Assembly: GCA_965220255.1 (NCBI GenBank)
Contig: OZ244816.1
Span: forward strand, 369,124-433,123
Source of the DNA: Dehalococcoidia bacterium
Lineage (GTDB): Bacteria > Chloroflexota > Dehalococcoidia > Lucifugimonadales > VXLM01
DNA length: 64,000 nucleotides
Direction: 5' to 3'
Under the pieces are notes generated by a model. The model saw nothing but the letters and a program-made list of their open reading frames with translations. It did not search any database and was not told the origin of the DNA. The translations under genes were made by a program, and so were the position numbers. Positions 9,125 to 17,925 of the stretch are shown here, piece after piece (positions within the stretch are counted from its first letter, which is position 1; every line of letters begins with the position of its first letter).

Positions 9125-9165
9125 CTTGATACGTCTTGACTCAACTATCATTCAACATATATAGT
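9125..9165 (+). promoter_or_regulatory. Candidate sigma70-type promoter of clpC overlapped by a HAIR-like (HspR-operator-like) imperfect inverted repeat
   Basis: -35 TTGACT at 9136-9141, 18-nt spacer, -10 TATAGT at 9160-9165. CTTGATA-N7-ACTCAAC at 9125-9145 matches 11/14 positions of the HAIR consensus CTTGAGT-N7-ACTCAAG. It lies in an AT-rich island 110 nt upstream of clpC. Confidence 0.35.
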
Positions 9166-9275
9166 TAACTAGACTAACACATGAAGTGATTGGCATTCAT
9201 TCCCGGTGAATGTGCTTGGACTCATCATACTCTGGGAGTCGATAGTACATCAGGGTTAGAGAAAACACACGGCAG

Positions 9276-11729
9276 GTGATCAACATGGTTCTGAAGCCGG
9301 ACGATTTCACGGAGCAGGCGCAGGAGATTCTTGGGAAGTCCCAAGAGGTGGTGCGTCGCTATCGGCACAGCCAGTGGGACGTTGAGCACGTCCTGATGGC
9401 GATCCTCGAACAGCAGGAGGGGGCGGCAGGACAGATACTGTCCGAGCTTGGTGTGAACATCGACGAGATGCGAGAGCGGCTTGACCAATCGTTGGAGATG
9501 AGCCCCAAGCTGGAGTATGAGTCGAACCAGATCTTCATGACGCCGCGCGCCCGCGACATGCTCGCAGCCGCAACGGAGGAAGCCAAGCGCCTCAACGACG
9601 ACTTCATCAGTTCCGAGCACCTGCTTATTGCAGTCGCGAAGGATGACAAGGGCGCGTCCGCTCCCCTGCTGAAGGAGTTCAAGGTCGATGTCGAGGGCAT
9701 CTACAAGGCGTTGCAGCACGTGCGGGGCAGCCGACGGGTGAGCGACCAGAAGGCGGAGAGCCGGTACAAGTCGCTGGAGAGGTTCAGCGTGGACCTGACC
9801 GATCTGGCCCGTCAGGGGAAACTCGACCCGGTCATCGGACGCGACAACGAGATCCGCCGGGTGATGCAGACGCTCATCAGGCGGACGAAGAACAACCCAG
9901 TCCTCATCGGCGGCGCAGGCGTGGGCAAGACGGCCATCGCGGAGGGCCTTGCCCAGGCCATCGCGGCGGGCGACGTGCCCGAGGAGCTGGGGGGTCGCAG
10001 CGTGCTCGCGCTGGACATCGGCGGTATGGTGGCGGGGAGCAAGTTCCGGGGCGAGTTCGAGGAACGGCTGAAGGGCGTCATGGACGAGATACGCGAGGCG
10101 CAGGGTGAGATCGTGCTGTTCATCGACGAACTGCACACCGTCGTCGGCGCGGGAGCGGCAGAGGGAGCAATCGACGCGAGCAACATGATGAAGCCCGCCC
10201 TCGCGAGGGGCGAACTTCAGACCATAGGCGCGACGACAGAACCGGAGTATCGCAAGCACATTGAGAAGGACGCCGCCCTGGAACGCCGCTTCCAGCCGAT
10301 ACTGGTGGAGGAGCCAGATGAGGAGGTGGCCATCGAGATGATCCGTGGGCTCCGCCCGAAGTACGAGAGCCACCACATGGTGTCGTTCACGGACGAGGCC
10401 GTCGAGGCCGCCGTCAAGCTGAGCCGCCGGTACATCACGGACCGCCTGCTGCCCGACAAGGCGGTCGATCTCATCGACGAGGCGGCGAGCAAGCTTCGTA
10501 TCGACGCGCAGAGTCTGCCAGGTGACCTGAAGAGCAAGGGAAAGCGGATTCGTGAGCTACTGAATGAAGAGGATGCAATGTCCGGACGCGGCGAGTTCGA
10601 AGCCGCCATGCAGATCAAGGCCGAGCGGGTGCGTCTACAGGAGGAGTTCGACTCAGAACAGGCGGCGATGGACATTCCTGTCCACCGCGACATGACGGTG
10701 ACGGCAGAGCAGATCGGGAGCCTGATCGCAAGCTGGACGGGAATTCCCGTAGACCGCCTCCTGGAGAGCGAGGCGGAAAAGCTGCTCCACATGGAGGAAC
10801 GGCTTCACGAGCGTGTGCGCGGCCAGGACTCGGCAGTGTCGGCAGTCTCCGACGCCGTTCGTCGCGCAAGGTCGGGACTGAAGGACCCGAAGCGGCCCAT
10901 CGGGAGCTTCATCTTTCTAGGGCCGACAGGAGTGGGCAAGACCGAACTGGCACGCGCCCTCGCCGAGTACCTGTTCGACGACGAGCAGAATATGGTCCGA
11001 GTCGACATGTCGGAGTACTCCGAGCGGCACTCCGTGTCACGTCTTGTCGGAGCGCCGCCGGGATACATCGGCTTTGACGAGGGCGGTCAACTGACTGAGG
11101 CCGTTCGGAGGCGTCCGTTCCGGGTGGTGTTGTTCGACGAGATAGAGAAGGCGCACCCGGAGGTGTTCAACATCATGCTCCAGATACTGGAGGACGGGCG
11201 TCTCACCGACGGACACGGTCGCACCGTGGACTTCACGAACACCGTGCTCATCATGACCAGCAACCTGGGCACCGGAGACACCGAGGGTTCCGCGCTCGGC
11301 TTTCTTTCGAGCGCCTCCAGTGGTGTGGACAACCGTCACGCCGCAGTGGAAGACGCGCTCAAGCGGGCGTTCAGACCGGAGTTCCTGAACCGCATCGACG
11401 AGATCATCATCTTCGACCGGCTGTCGAAGGAGCAGATCAAGGAGATCGTGGACATCCAGGTCGGGGAGGTTAAGGAGCGGATGGCGGAGCACGGCATCAC
11501 GATGAGCCTCACGGACGTGGCGAGGGAGTGGCTTGCAAAAGAGGGCTTCGATGAGAAGTTCGGGGCTCGCCCCATACGCAGGGCCGTGCAGCGACACGTC
11601 GAGAACGCACTGTCCAAGCGCATCCTGTCACAGGAGTTGGCCGACGGAGATCACGTGGTGGTCGATGCGGACGAGGCTGGGCTGTTGTTTCAGAAGGCGG
11701 CGGAGCCGGTAGAGGCGGTCTTGGTCTGA
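9276..11729 (+). CDS. clpC: ATP-dependent Clp protease ATP-binding subunit ClpC (class I AAA+ unfoldase)
   Basis: 817 aa. N-terminal Clp_N repeats. Two Walker A motifs ([16 protein letters not shown]). Short UVR-like middle domain rather than the long ClpB coiled coil. LGF tripeptide (GSALGFLSS) typical of ClpP-docking loops. Confidence 0.85.
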   Translation: MINMVLKPDDFTEQAQEILGKSQEVVRRYRHSQWDVEHVLMAILEQQEGAAGQILSELGVNIDEMRERLDQSLEMSPKLEYESNQIFMTPRARDMLAAATEEAKRLNDDFISSEHLLIAVAKDDKGASAPLLKEFKVDVEGIYKALQHVRGSRRVSDQKAESRYKSLERFSVDLTDLARQGKLDPVIGRDNEIRRVMQTLIRRTKNNPVLIGGAGVGKTAIAEGLAQAIAAGDVPEELGGRSVLALDIGGMVAGSKFRGEFEERLKGVMDEIREAQGEIVLFIDELHTVVGAGAAEGAIDASNMMKPALARGELQTIGATTEPEYRKHIEKDAALERRFQPILVEEPDEEVAIEMIRGLRPKYESHHMVSFTDEAVEAAVKLSRRYITDRLLPDKAVDLIDEAASKLRIDAQSLPGDLKSKGKRIRELLNEEDAMSGRGEFEAAMQIKAERVRLQEEFDSEQAAMDIPVHRDMTVTAEQIGSLIASWTGIPVDRLLESEAEKLLHMEERLHERVRGQDSAVSAVSDAVRRARSGLKDPKRPIGSFIFLGPTGVGKTELARALAEYLFDDEQNMVRVDMSEYSERHSVSRLVGAPPGYIGFDEGGQLTEAVRRRPFRVVLFDEIEKAHPEVFNIMLQILEDGRLTDGHGRTVDFTNTVLIMTSNLGTGDTEGSALGFLSSASSGVDNRHAAVEDALKRAFRPEFLNRIDEIIIFDRLSKEQIKEIVDIQVGEVKERMAEHGITMSLTDVAREWLAKEGFDEKFGARPIRRAVQRHVENALSKRILSQELADGDHVVVDADEAGLLFQKAAEPVEAVLV

Positions 11730-11773
11730 GGAAGAAAAAGTCGCGGTTCGCGCCTACGTGTGGGCAACACCCT

Positions 11774-12874
11774 CTACGACGGGAACTTGATGATGCCGCG
11801 GCCTTCGCCGCCGCTGACGAGATCGTGGAACCCTTCGTTGATCTGGTCGAGGGAGTAGCTTCTCGTGATGATGGTATCGACGTCGAGAGTTCCCTTAAGA
11901 TATGCGTCGACAATCTTGCGGAAGGACTCGTGGGGGCTGGTGGAACCGTAGTAGCTGCCCATGACGGTCTTCTGCGCGCGGACCATGTCGGACATATTGA
12001 TGGGAGCGTCCTCTCCGACAGCGCCGAGTCCGATGAGGACGGCAGTACCGGTTGGACGCACGCTATCGAAGGCGGAAGAGATTACCTCGGCCTTTCCGAT
12101 GCTGTCGAAGGCCATGTCTACTCCGCCGCCGGTCATCTCCTTGATCGTCTCGGCGACATCGTCCACCTCACGGATGTTTATGGTGTCGGTCGCGCCGAAC
12201 CTGTAGGTGAACTCCAGCTTGTGATCGAGGACATCGACGGCGATGATCCTGCTTGCGTTCATGAGCTTGGCGCCCTGGATGACGTTGAGGCCCACACCGC
12301 CGCAGCCGAATACGGCTACGCTCATTCCGACCTTTGCGTTCGGGTTGTTTATGACGCCTCCGACCCCGGTGGTCACCGAGCACCCAATGAGGGCTGCCAC
12401 CTCGATGGGGACCTCGTCGGGAATGGGCTGGCAGGCCTGCTGCGGGCAAATGATGATCTCAGAGAAGACACCGACCTTGCCGAGCTGGTACACGTCGTCA
12501 CCGTTGTCGTGCAGACGGGCGGTACCGTCGTACTGTCGCGGGCCGAGCTTGACGTGCGTCTCGCAGACGTTCGGGAATCCGTCAGCACAGTTGCGACACA
12601 TTCCGCACGGCGAGACGAACGAAATGATGCACCGGTCGCCGGGCTTGACCCGCGTCACTCCCTCGCCGACCTCGATGACCGTTCCCGCTCCCTCATGTCC
12701 CAGAACTGCGGGAAGATCGATCCTGGAGGTACCCTGCATCAGGTGGTGATCACTCAAGCAGAGGCCGGCCGCGCCCATTTTGAGGCGCACCTCTCCTGCC
12801 TTGGGCGGGTCCTGCCGCAATTCCTTTATCTGGAGCGGCGTCTTCGTCTCGTAGAGTACGGCTGCCTTTACCAT
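11774..12874 (-). CDS. Zinc-dependent alcohol dehydrogenase (class III / MDR family)
   Basis: 366 aa. Catalytic Zn signature GHEGAGTVIEVGEGV, structural Zn cysteines CGMCRNCADG, Rossmann VFGCGGVGLNV. Confidence 0.8.
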   Translation of the reverse strand: MVKAAVLYETKTPLQIKELRQDPPKAGEVRLKMGAAGLCLSDHHLMQGTSRIDLPAVLGHEGAGTVIEVGEGVTRVKPGDRCIISFVSPCGMCRNCADGFPNVCETHVKLGPRQYDGTARLHDNGDDVYQLGKVGVFSEIIICPQQACQPIPDEVPIEVAALIGCSVTTGVGGVINNPNAKVGMSVAVFGCGGVGLNVIQGAKLMNASRIIAVDVLDHKLEFTYRFGATDTINIREVDDVAETIKEMTGGGVDMAFDSIGKAEVISSAFDSVRPTGTAVLIGLGAVGEDAPINMSDMVRAQKTVMGSYYGSTSPHESFRKIVDAYLKGTLDVDTIITRSYSLDQINEGFHDLVSGGEGRGIIKFPS

Positions 12875-13056
12875 CTGTTTCCTCCCACACGAGTCTCTCG
12901 TATAGGGTAATGGCTTGCCGCTGCGCGGTCAAAGACGCGGTAGCAGAGCCAGGCGGTGTCTGGTACATTTTGCCGAAGGGTGGGTGTCCTGCGTCCATGC
13001 ACAGCCGGGCGGCCCCCCACGAGTCAATGGAAATCGAATTGGTGTGAGGAGCTAGC

Positions 13057-13392
13057 ATGATTGCCATCTTTGTGACCATCAAGGTGAAACCGGGAATGAT
13101 GGAGGAGTTCGTCGAGGCCAGCCTGGGAGACGCCCGGGGGTCGGTCGGCGACGAGCCGGGCTGTTTCAGGTTCGACGTGCTGCAGGACAGGGAGGACCCC
13201 AACATGGCCTACCTGTACGAGATATACGAGGACGACGCGGCGAGGGAGACCCACCGCACGATGCCTCACTACCTGAAGTGGCGGGAAGCCGTCGCAGACA
13301 TGGTCGAGGGCAGCTACGAGATTGTGGAGATGACGACGGCGTATCCGACCGCTTCCGCGCTGCACGCCCAGAAACCTCACCTGCTCGACTAG
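13057..13392 (+). CDS. Antibiotic-biosynthesis-monooxygenase (ABM) domain protein
   Basis: 111 aa. MIAIFVTIKVKPG...EPGCFRFDVLQD...YLYEIYEDDAA...H has the ferredoxin-like ABM pattern. Confidence 0.6.
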   Translation: MIAIFVTIKVKPGMMEEFVEASLGDARGSVGDEPGCFRFDVLQDREDPNMAYLYEIYEDDAARETHRTMPHYLKWREAVADMVEGSYEIVEMTTAYPTASALHAQKPHLLD

Positions 13393-13398
13393 AGTGCC

Positions 13399-14988
13399 GT
13401 GAAGATCGTAACGGCCCGGCAGATGCGCGAGATCGAGGACCGTGCCGAGGCGGGCGGCGTCTCCAAGGCGGCGCTCATGGAGAACGCCGGTCTTGAAGTC
13501 GCGGACTATATTCGTGGCCACGTGAAGAACCTCGTGGGGATGACGGTCGTCGTTCTCGTTGGGCCGGGCAACAACGGTGGCGACGGACTCGTTGCGGCAC
13601 GACATCTGGACGCTTGGGGAGCGCGTGTCACCGTCTGCCTGTGCCGAGATAACCCCGAGCATGTGGGCAAGGTCGACTACCTGCGGGGCAAGCGGGTGAC
13701 CATCATCCGGCTCGACGACGATGACGGGGCGGCACAGCTAGGGGAAGCGCTGCAGCTCGCGCAGATCGTTGTCGATGCGGTACTGGGAACTGGGCGGTCG
13801 CGGCCAATAACAGGGCCGACGGCGGGGGCGCTCGACCTGCTCCGTGAAGCGCGCGGGGCTAACGGGACGATCCGACTCTTGGCGCTTGACGTCCCGACCG
13901 GCCTCGATGCCGACACGGGGGCCGTCGATCCCAAGGCCGTCCCATCGGACGTGACGCTGACGCTGGGCAACCCGAAGGCCGGGTTGTACCGGTTCCCTGG
14001 CGCGGAGTACGCGGGCGAAATCGAGGTGCTCGACATCGGGATGCCGAATGGCTTGGACAGTGATATCGAGTTCGAGCTGATGACGGACGAGTGGGCGAGG
14101 TCCGCCCTGCTCGACCGGCCGTTGTCCGGGCACAAGGGCACTTTCGGCAAAGCGCTCATCGTCGGGGGATCCAGGAATTACGTTGGGGCGCCGTATCTGG
14201 CCGCGACGGCAGCAGGGAGGGTCGGCGCAGGGCTTGTGACGCTGGCCGTACCTGAAAGCCTCCAGATGGCGGTGGCCGCGAAGGCGGTCGAGCCGACGTA
14301 CCTGCCACTGCCGGAAGTGTCGCAGGGCGTACCAAGCGTCGAGGCGGCGGACCTCATCGCGCAGCAGGCGGATGGTTATCAAGCGCTCCTCATGGGTCCG
14401 GGCATTGGTCAGGCCGACTCGACAGGCAACATGGTCAAGAGACTTCTGCTCGACGGTGGTAGGCTTCCGCCGGTGGTCGTCGATGCGGATGGGCTGAACG
14501 TCCTAGCCTCGTGGCCTGAATGGTGGAACCACTTTTCGCAGGAGGCCGTACTTACACCGCATCCGGGCGAGATGGCCCGACTGACAGGCAGGTCTACGAA
14601 GGAAATCCAGGAGCACAGAGTCGAGATCGCGGTCGAATCGGCGATGAGCTGGCGAAAGACCGTCGTGCTCAAGGGGGCGTTCACGGTTGTTGCGTCCCCT
14701 GATGGGAGCACGAGGCTCAGTCCCTTCGCCAACAGCGCCATGGCGACGGCTGGAACGGGGGACGTGCTCGCCGGGACTATCGCGGGGCTGCTGGCACAGG
14801 GAGTCGCTACTGAGGATGCCGCGGCGTTGGGGGTGTATCTGCACGGTCTGGCAGGAGAGCGGGCCGGAGCGGAGTTCGGTGACGCCGGGATGCTGGCGGG
14901 CGACCTGCTGCCGGAACTCCCGAAGGCGATTCGCGACATCCGGCAGCATTCCGTGACGGGTGAAAGGCGGACGCCCTGGCACATCTGA
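13399..14988 (+). CDS. nnr: Bifunctional NAD(P)H-hydrate repair enzyme Nnr (epimerase + ADP-dependent dehydratase)
   Basis: 529 aa, GTG start. YjeF_N block GPGNNGGDGLVAARHL; C-terminal carbohydrate-kinase block GTGDVLAGTIAGLLAQG. Confidence 0.85.
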   Translation: MKIVTARQMREIEDRAEAGGVSKAALMENAGLEVADYIRGHVKNLVGMTVVVLVGPGNNGGDGLVAARHLDAWGARVTVCLCRDNPEHVGKVDYLRGKRVTIIRLDDDDGAAQLGEALQLAQIVVDAVLGTGRSRPITGPTAGALDLLREARGANGTIRLLALDVPTGLDADTGAVDPKAVPSDVTLTLGNPKAGLYRFPGAEYAGEIEVLDIGMPNGLDSDIEFELMTDEWARSALLDRPLSGHKGTFGKALIVGGSRNYVGAPYLAATAAGRVGAGLVTLAVPESLQMAVAAKAVEPTYLPLPEVSQGVPSVEAADLIAQQADGYQALLMGPGIGQADSTGNMVKRLLLDGGRLPPVVVDADGLNVLASWPEWWNHFSQEAVLTPHPGEMARLTGRSTKEIQEHRVEIAVESAMSWRKTVVLKGAFTVVASPDGSTRLSPFANSAMATAGTGDVLAGTIAGLLAQGVATEDAAALGVYLHGLAGERAGAEFGDAGMLAGDLLPELPKAIRDIRQHSVTGERRTPWHI

Positions 14989-15020
14989 GAGGCAGCGAGC
15001 GTGCGCGATACGTCGGCGAG

Positions 15021-15701
15021 ATGTTCGCCCGGATATCGCGACGCTACGACCGGCTTAACACCATCATGTCGGGAGGCAGGCACTATGCTTGGAGGCGAAG
15101 GGCGGCAGGCATGGCCGTCGGCGAACTGAGCGGGCAAGCCCTCGACGTTGCCACGGGAACAGGGGACTTCACGTTCGACCTGCTGGCACATTCACAGGTC
15201 GGCAATGTCGTGGGGCTCGACTTCACGCGCGCGATGCTCCCGTTCGCCATCGAAAAGGCGAAAGAACGTGGGGCCGGCGACCGCATAGAGTTCGTGGCGG
15301 GTGATGCCCACGCCCTACCCTTCCCGGACGATACGTTCATCTGCGCAACGGTGGGGTTTGGCGTGCGAAACTTCATCGACGTTCCCCTTGCGTTGCGTGA
15401 GATGCGGCGGGTGGTGAGGCAGGGTGGGCGCGTGGTCATCCTGGAGATAGTCCGTCAGGACGGAATCAATCCCGTCGGCAAGCTGTTTCCGCTCTATTTC
15501 CGGAGGGTTACGCCATGGATGGGAGCGCTCTTCGCGGGCGACCGAGAGGCGTATACGTACTTGCCGGAATCGGTGCAGGGGTTCCTCAGCGCCGATGAAC
15601 TCGCGGAACTGATGCAAGAGGCGGGGTTGGTGAATGTTCAGTACCAACAGCTGGCCCTGGGGACGGTCGCGATTCACGTCGGGGAGAAGGCGGGGGGATA
15701 G
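15021..15701 (+). CDS. ubiE: Demethylmenaquinone/ubiquinone C-methyltransferase (UbiE/MenG family)
   Basis: RYDRLNTIMSGGRHYAWRR and the SAM motif LDVATGTGD. No in-frame alternative start exists between the nnr stop and ATG 15021. Confidence 0.8.
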   Translation: MFARISRRYDRLNTIMSGGRHYAWRRRAAGMAVGELSGQALDVATGTGDFTFDLLAHSQVGNVVGLDFTRAMLPFAIEKAKERGAGDRIEFVAGDAHALPFPDDTFICATVGFGVRNFIDVPLALREMRRVVRQGGRVVILEIVRQDGINPVGKLFPLYFRRVTPWMGALFAGDREAYTYLPESVQGFLSADELAELMQEAGLVNVQYQQLALGTVAIHVGEKAGG

Positions 15702-15786
15702 GTGCTGGAAATGTCAAAGCGAGGACTGGGCGGGTTTGAAACCCCCTCATAGTATCGCTACCCTTCAATACTAAGGTCTTGAACCA

Positions 15787-17919
15787 CTACATTATCTTGA
15801 GGGCGCGGATGCGGTGTCCGTAGTGTTCGGCGATGAGAAGGATGTCATCACCGTAGAAGCGGAGGCCGTAGGGAGTGTTCAGGCTCGCCTCTATGGCGGG
15901 GCCACCGTCTCCGCGTGAGCCGGGGCGTTCGGAGCCTGCGACCGTCTCGACGGTTCCGGCCGGGGTGATCCGGCGGACGCGATGGTTGTTAGAGTCTGAG
16001 AAATAGACCGTACCGTCGGTCGAGATGGCAACGCCGGAGGGGGTATCCAGCTTGGCGTCGGTCGCGTTCGTGCCGTCGGGGGAGAAGCCGCTTTCGCCTG
16101 TCCCGACGAGGGTGATAATGATGCCGTCGGTATCGACCTTGCGGATTGAGTGTGTGGCACTGTCGGCGAAGTACAGATTGCCGTCGGCGTCGAAGTCCAG
16201 TGCGATGGGACTGCCTATCTTTGCGCTGACCGCGGGGCCGCCGTCTCCGGAGTATCCGGCGATGCCTGTGCCCGCAACGGTGGATATCCGCCAAGTGCGG
16301 GCGTCGATCCTGCGAATGCGTCCGACCCGATCTCCGACGTAGAGGTTGTCGTCGGAATCGTGGGCTACGGAGAGGGTCTGAACGAAGCAGGCGCCCATGG
16401 CGGGGCCGCCGTCGCCGCGATCGTAGGAGTACGAGGAGCCCGCGATGGTTCGGATGATGCCATCGGCGTCGACACGGCGGATGAACTGGTGCTGCTTCTC
16501 GGCGATGACTGCGCGCCCTTTCGAGTCTACGGAGACATCGTAGGGGTTTCCGAGCCAGGCGTCTGTAGCGGGGCCTTTGCTGCCGCCGACGGCCTTGGCC
16601 CCAGTGCCGGCAAAGGTGTGTATATGGCCTGTCTGGGGGTCGATGGAGCGAACACGCTGTCGCCACTCGTCGACGAGGTAGATGGTGCCGTCGGGGCCGA
16701 CATCGATATTCCTGGGGCAGGTCAGGAAACCTTCGGTAGCGGGCTCGCCGTCGTGGACGTGCGTTCCTCCGAGAACGGTGGTAACGATTCCGGTCTCACC
16801 ATCGTACTTGCGGAGACGACAGGAGGAGTCGCTAAAGAAAACGGTGCCGTCGGGGTCTGCCCAGATGCCTGCCTCGCAGGCGTTGGAGTGGGTCTCATCC
16901 CCCGGCAGGCCCTCCTCGCCGAAGCCGGGGACACCGTTTCCCACGAGGGTGGTGACTATCCCGGACTCTGCGTCGATCTTGCGGACGCGATAGCCGAATT
17001 TCTCTCCGACGTAAATGTTGTCGTTGGCGTCGATGCAGAGTGAATCCGGCCAATTGGTGCTGGCCTCGACGGCGGGGCCTCCGTCTCCGTTGGAGGCAAT
17101 TTGGCCCGTGCCAAGGACGGTGGTAACTATTCCAGTCTCAGCGTCGATCTTTCGGACGCGAAAGTTCTGATTGTCGCAAACGTAGAGGTTGCCCTTGGAG
17201 TCGAATGCGAGGTGCTCGGGACCCAGAAAGGCGGCTTCCTCCCTGGGGCCGCCGTCGCCGGAGTATCCTCCGAGGCTCAGGCCGGAGTCCGAGAGCGGAG
17301 GAGCGTAGCCGAGGGCTTGCGTGTTGTGTCCGGCATTGAGTCCGGCGAAGGTATCGATGACGCCGGTTCGAGAGTCTACGCGGCGGATGTTGTTTGCCCA
17401 CTCGCTGGCGAGGAAGACATTGCCGTCGTCGTCCACGGCGATACCGCAGGTTGTGTCAAACTCGGCCTCGACAGCGGGACCACCGTCACCGCCGCGTCCG
17501 ATTCTGCCGGAGCCGGCTACGGTTGTGATGATTCCGGTGCGGTAGTCGATGCGGCGGGCGGTGTTGTTCCACAGGTCGGTGAAATAGAGATTCCCTTGTC
17601 GGTCGCGGTAGAGGTCATGGGGACCGTTGACCCGCGCGTCTTTGGCGGGGCCGCCGTCACCACTGTTTCCCGGCACGCCGTCACCCGCGAGGGTGTGGAG
17701 AATGCCGTGGGCGTCGATTCGCCAGATGCGGTGACCATGATGATCGTTGACGATGATGTCACCGTCGATCTGCCGGACGACCCCCATTGGCCAGCCGCAC
17801 CTGGCTTCTCCGGCGGGGACGCCTTCTCTAACGGGTGCGCCGGCTATCGTCGTTATGTGACCCGGCTGGAGTTCGTTGAGGAGGTCGTGCAGGACTCCCT
17901 GCGGGCGAGGACTCGTCAT
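15787..17919 (-). CDS. NHL-repeat beta-propeller protein, about 12 blades (paralogue A), no signal peptide seen
   Basis: 710 aa. About 12 repeats of the unit G.G..G.SGDGGPA..A....P..v.vD..GN.Y..D....R.R.ID..TG.I.T.AG (for example VRKIDAETGIVTTVLGTG). Confidence 0.75.
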   Translation of the reverse strand: MTSPRPQGVLHDLLNELQPGHITTIAGAPVREGVPAGEARCGWPMGVVRQIDGDIIVNDHHGHRIWRIDAHGILHTLAGDGVPGNSGDGGPAKDARVNGPHDLYRDRQGNLYFTDLWNNTARRIDYRTGIITTVAGSGRIGRGGDGGPAVEAEFDTTCGIAVDDDGNVFLASEWANNIRRVDSRTGVIDTFAGLNAGHNTQALGYAPPLSDSGLSLGGYSGDGGPREEAAFLGPEHLAFDSKGNLYVCDNQNFRVRKIDAETGIVTTVLGTGQIASNGDGGPAVEASTNWPDSLCIDANDNIYVGEKFGYRVRKIDAESGIVTTLVGNGVPGFGEEGLPGDETHSNACEAGIWADPDGTVFFSDSSCRLRKYDGETGIVTTVLGGTHVHDGEPATEGFLTCPRNIDVGPDGTIYLVDEWRQRVRSIDPQTGHIHTFAGTGAKAVGGSKGPATDAWLGNPYDVSVDSKGRAVIAEKQHQFIRRVDADGIIRTIAGSSYSYDRGDGGPAMGACFVQTLSVAHDSDDNLYVGDRVGRIRRIDARTWRISTVAGTGIAGYSGDGGPAVSAKIGSPIALDFDADGNLYFADSATHSIRKVDTDGIIITLVGTGESGFSPDGTNATDAKLDTPSGVAISTDGTVYFSDSNNHRVRRITPAGTVETVAGSERPGSRGDGGPAIEASLNTPYGLRFYGDDILLIAEHYGHRIRALKIM

Positions 17920-17925
17920 GGGGCT

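Noticed and set aside
9225-10376. 383-aa minus-strand ORF overlapping clpC
   Set aside because: Antisense to an unambiguous ClpC coding sequence. Low-complexity L/R/H-rich translation with no motifs.
11825-12910. 361-aa plus-strand ORF
   Set aside because: Antisense to the Zn-dependent alcohol dehydrogenase, which has clear catalytic and Rossmann motifs.
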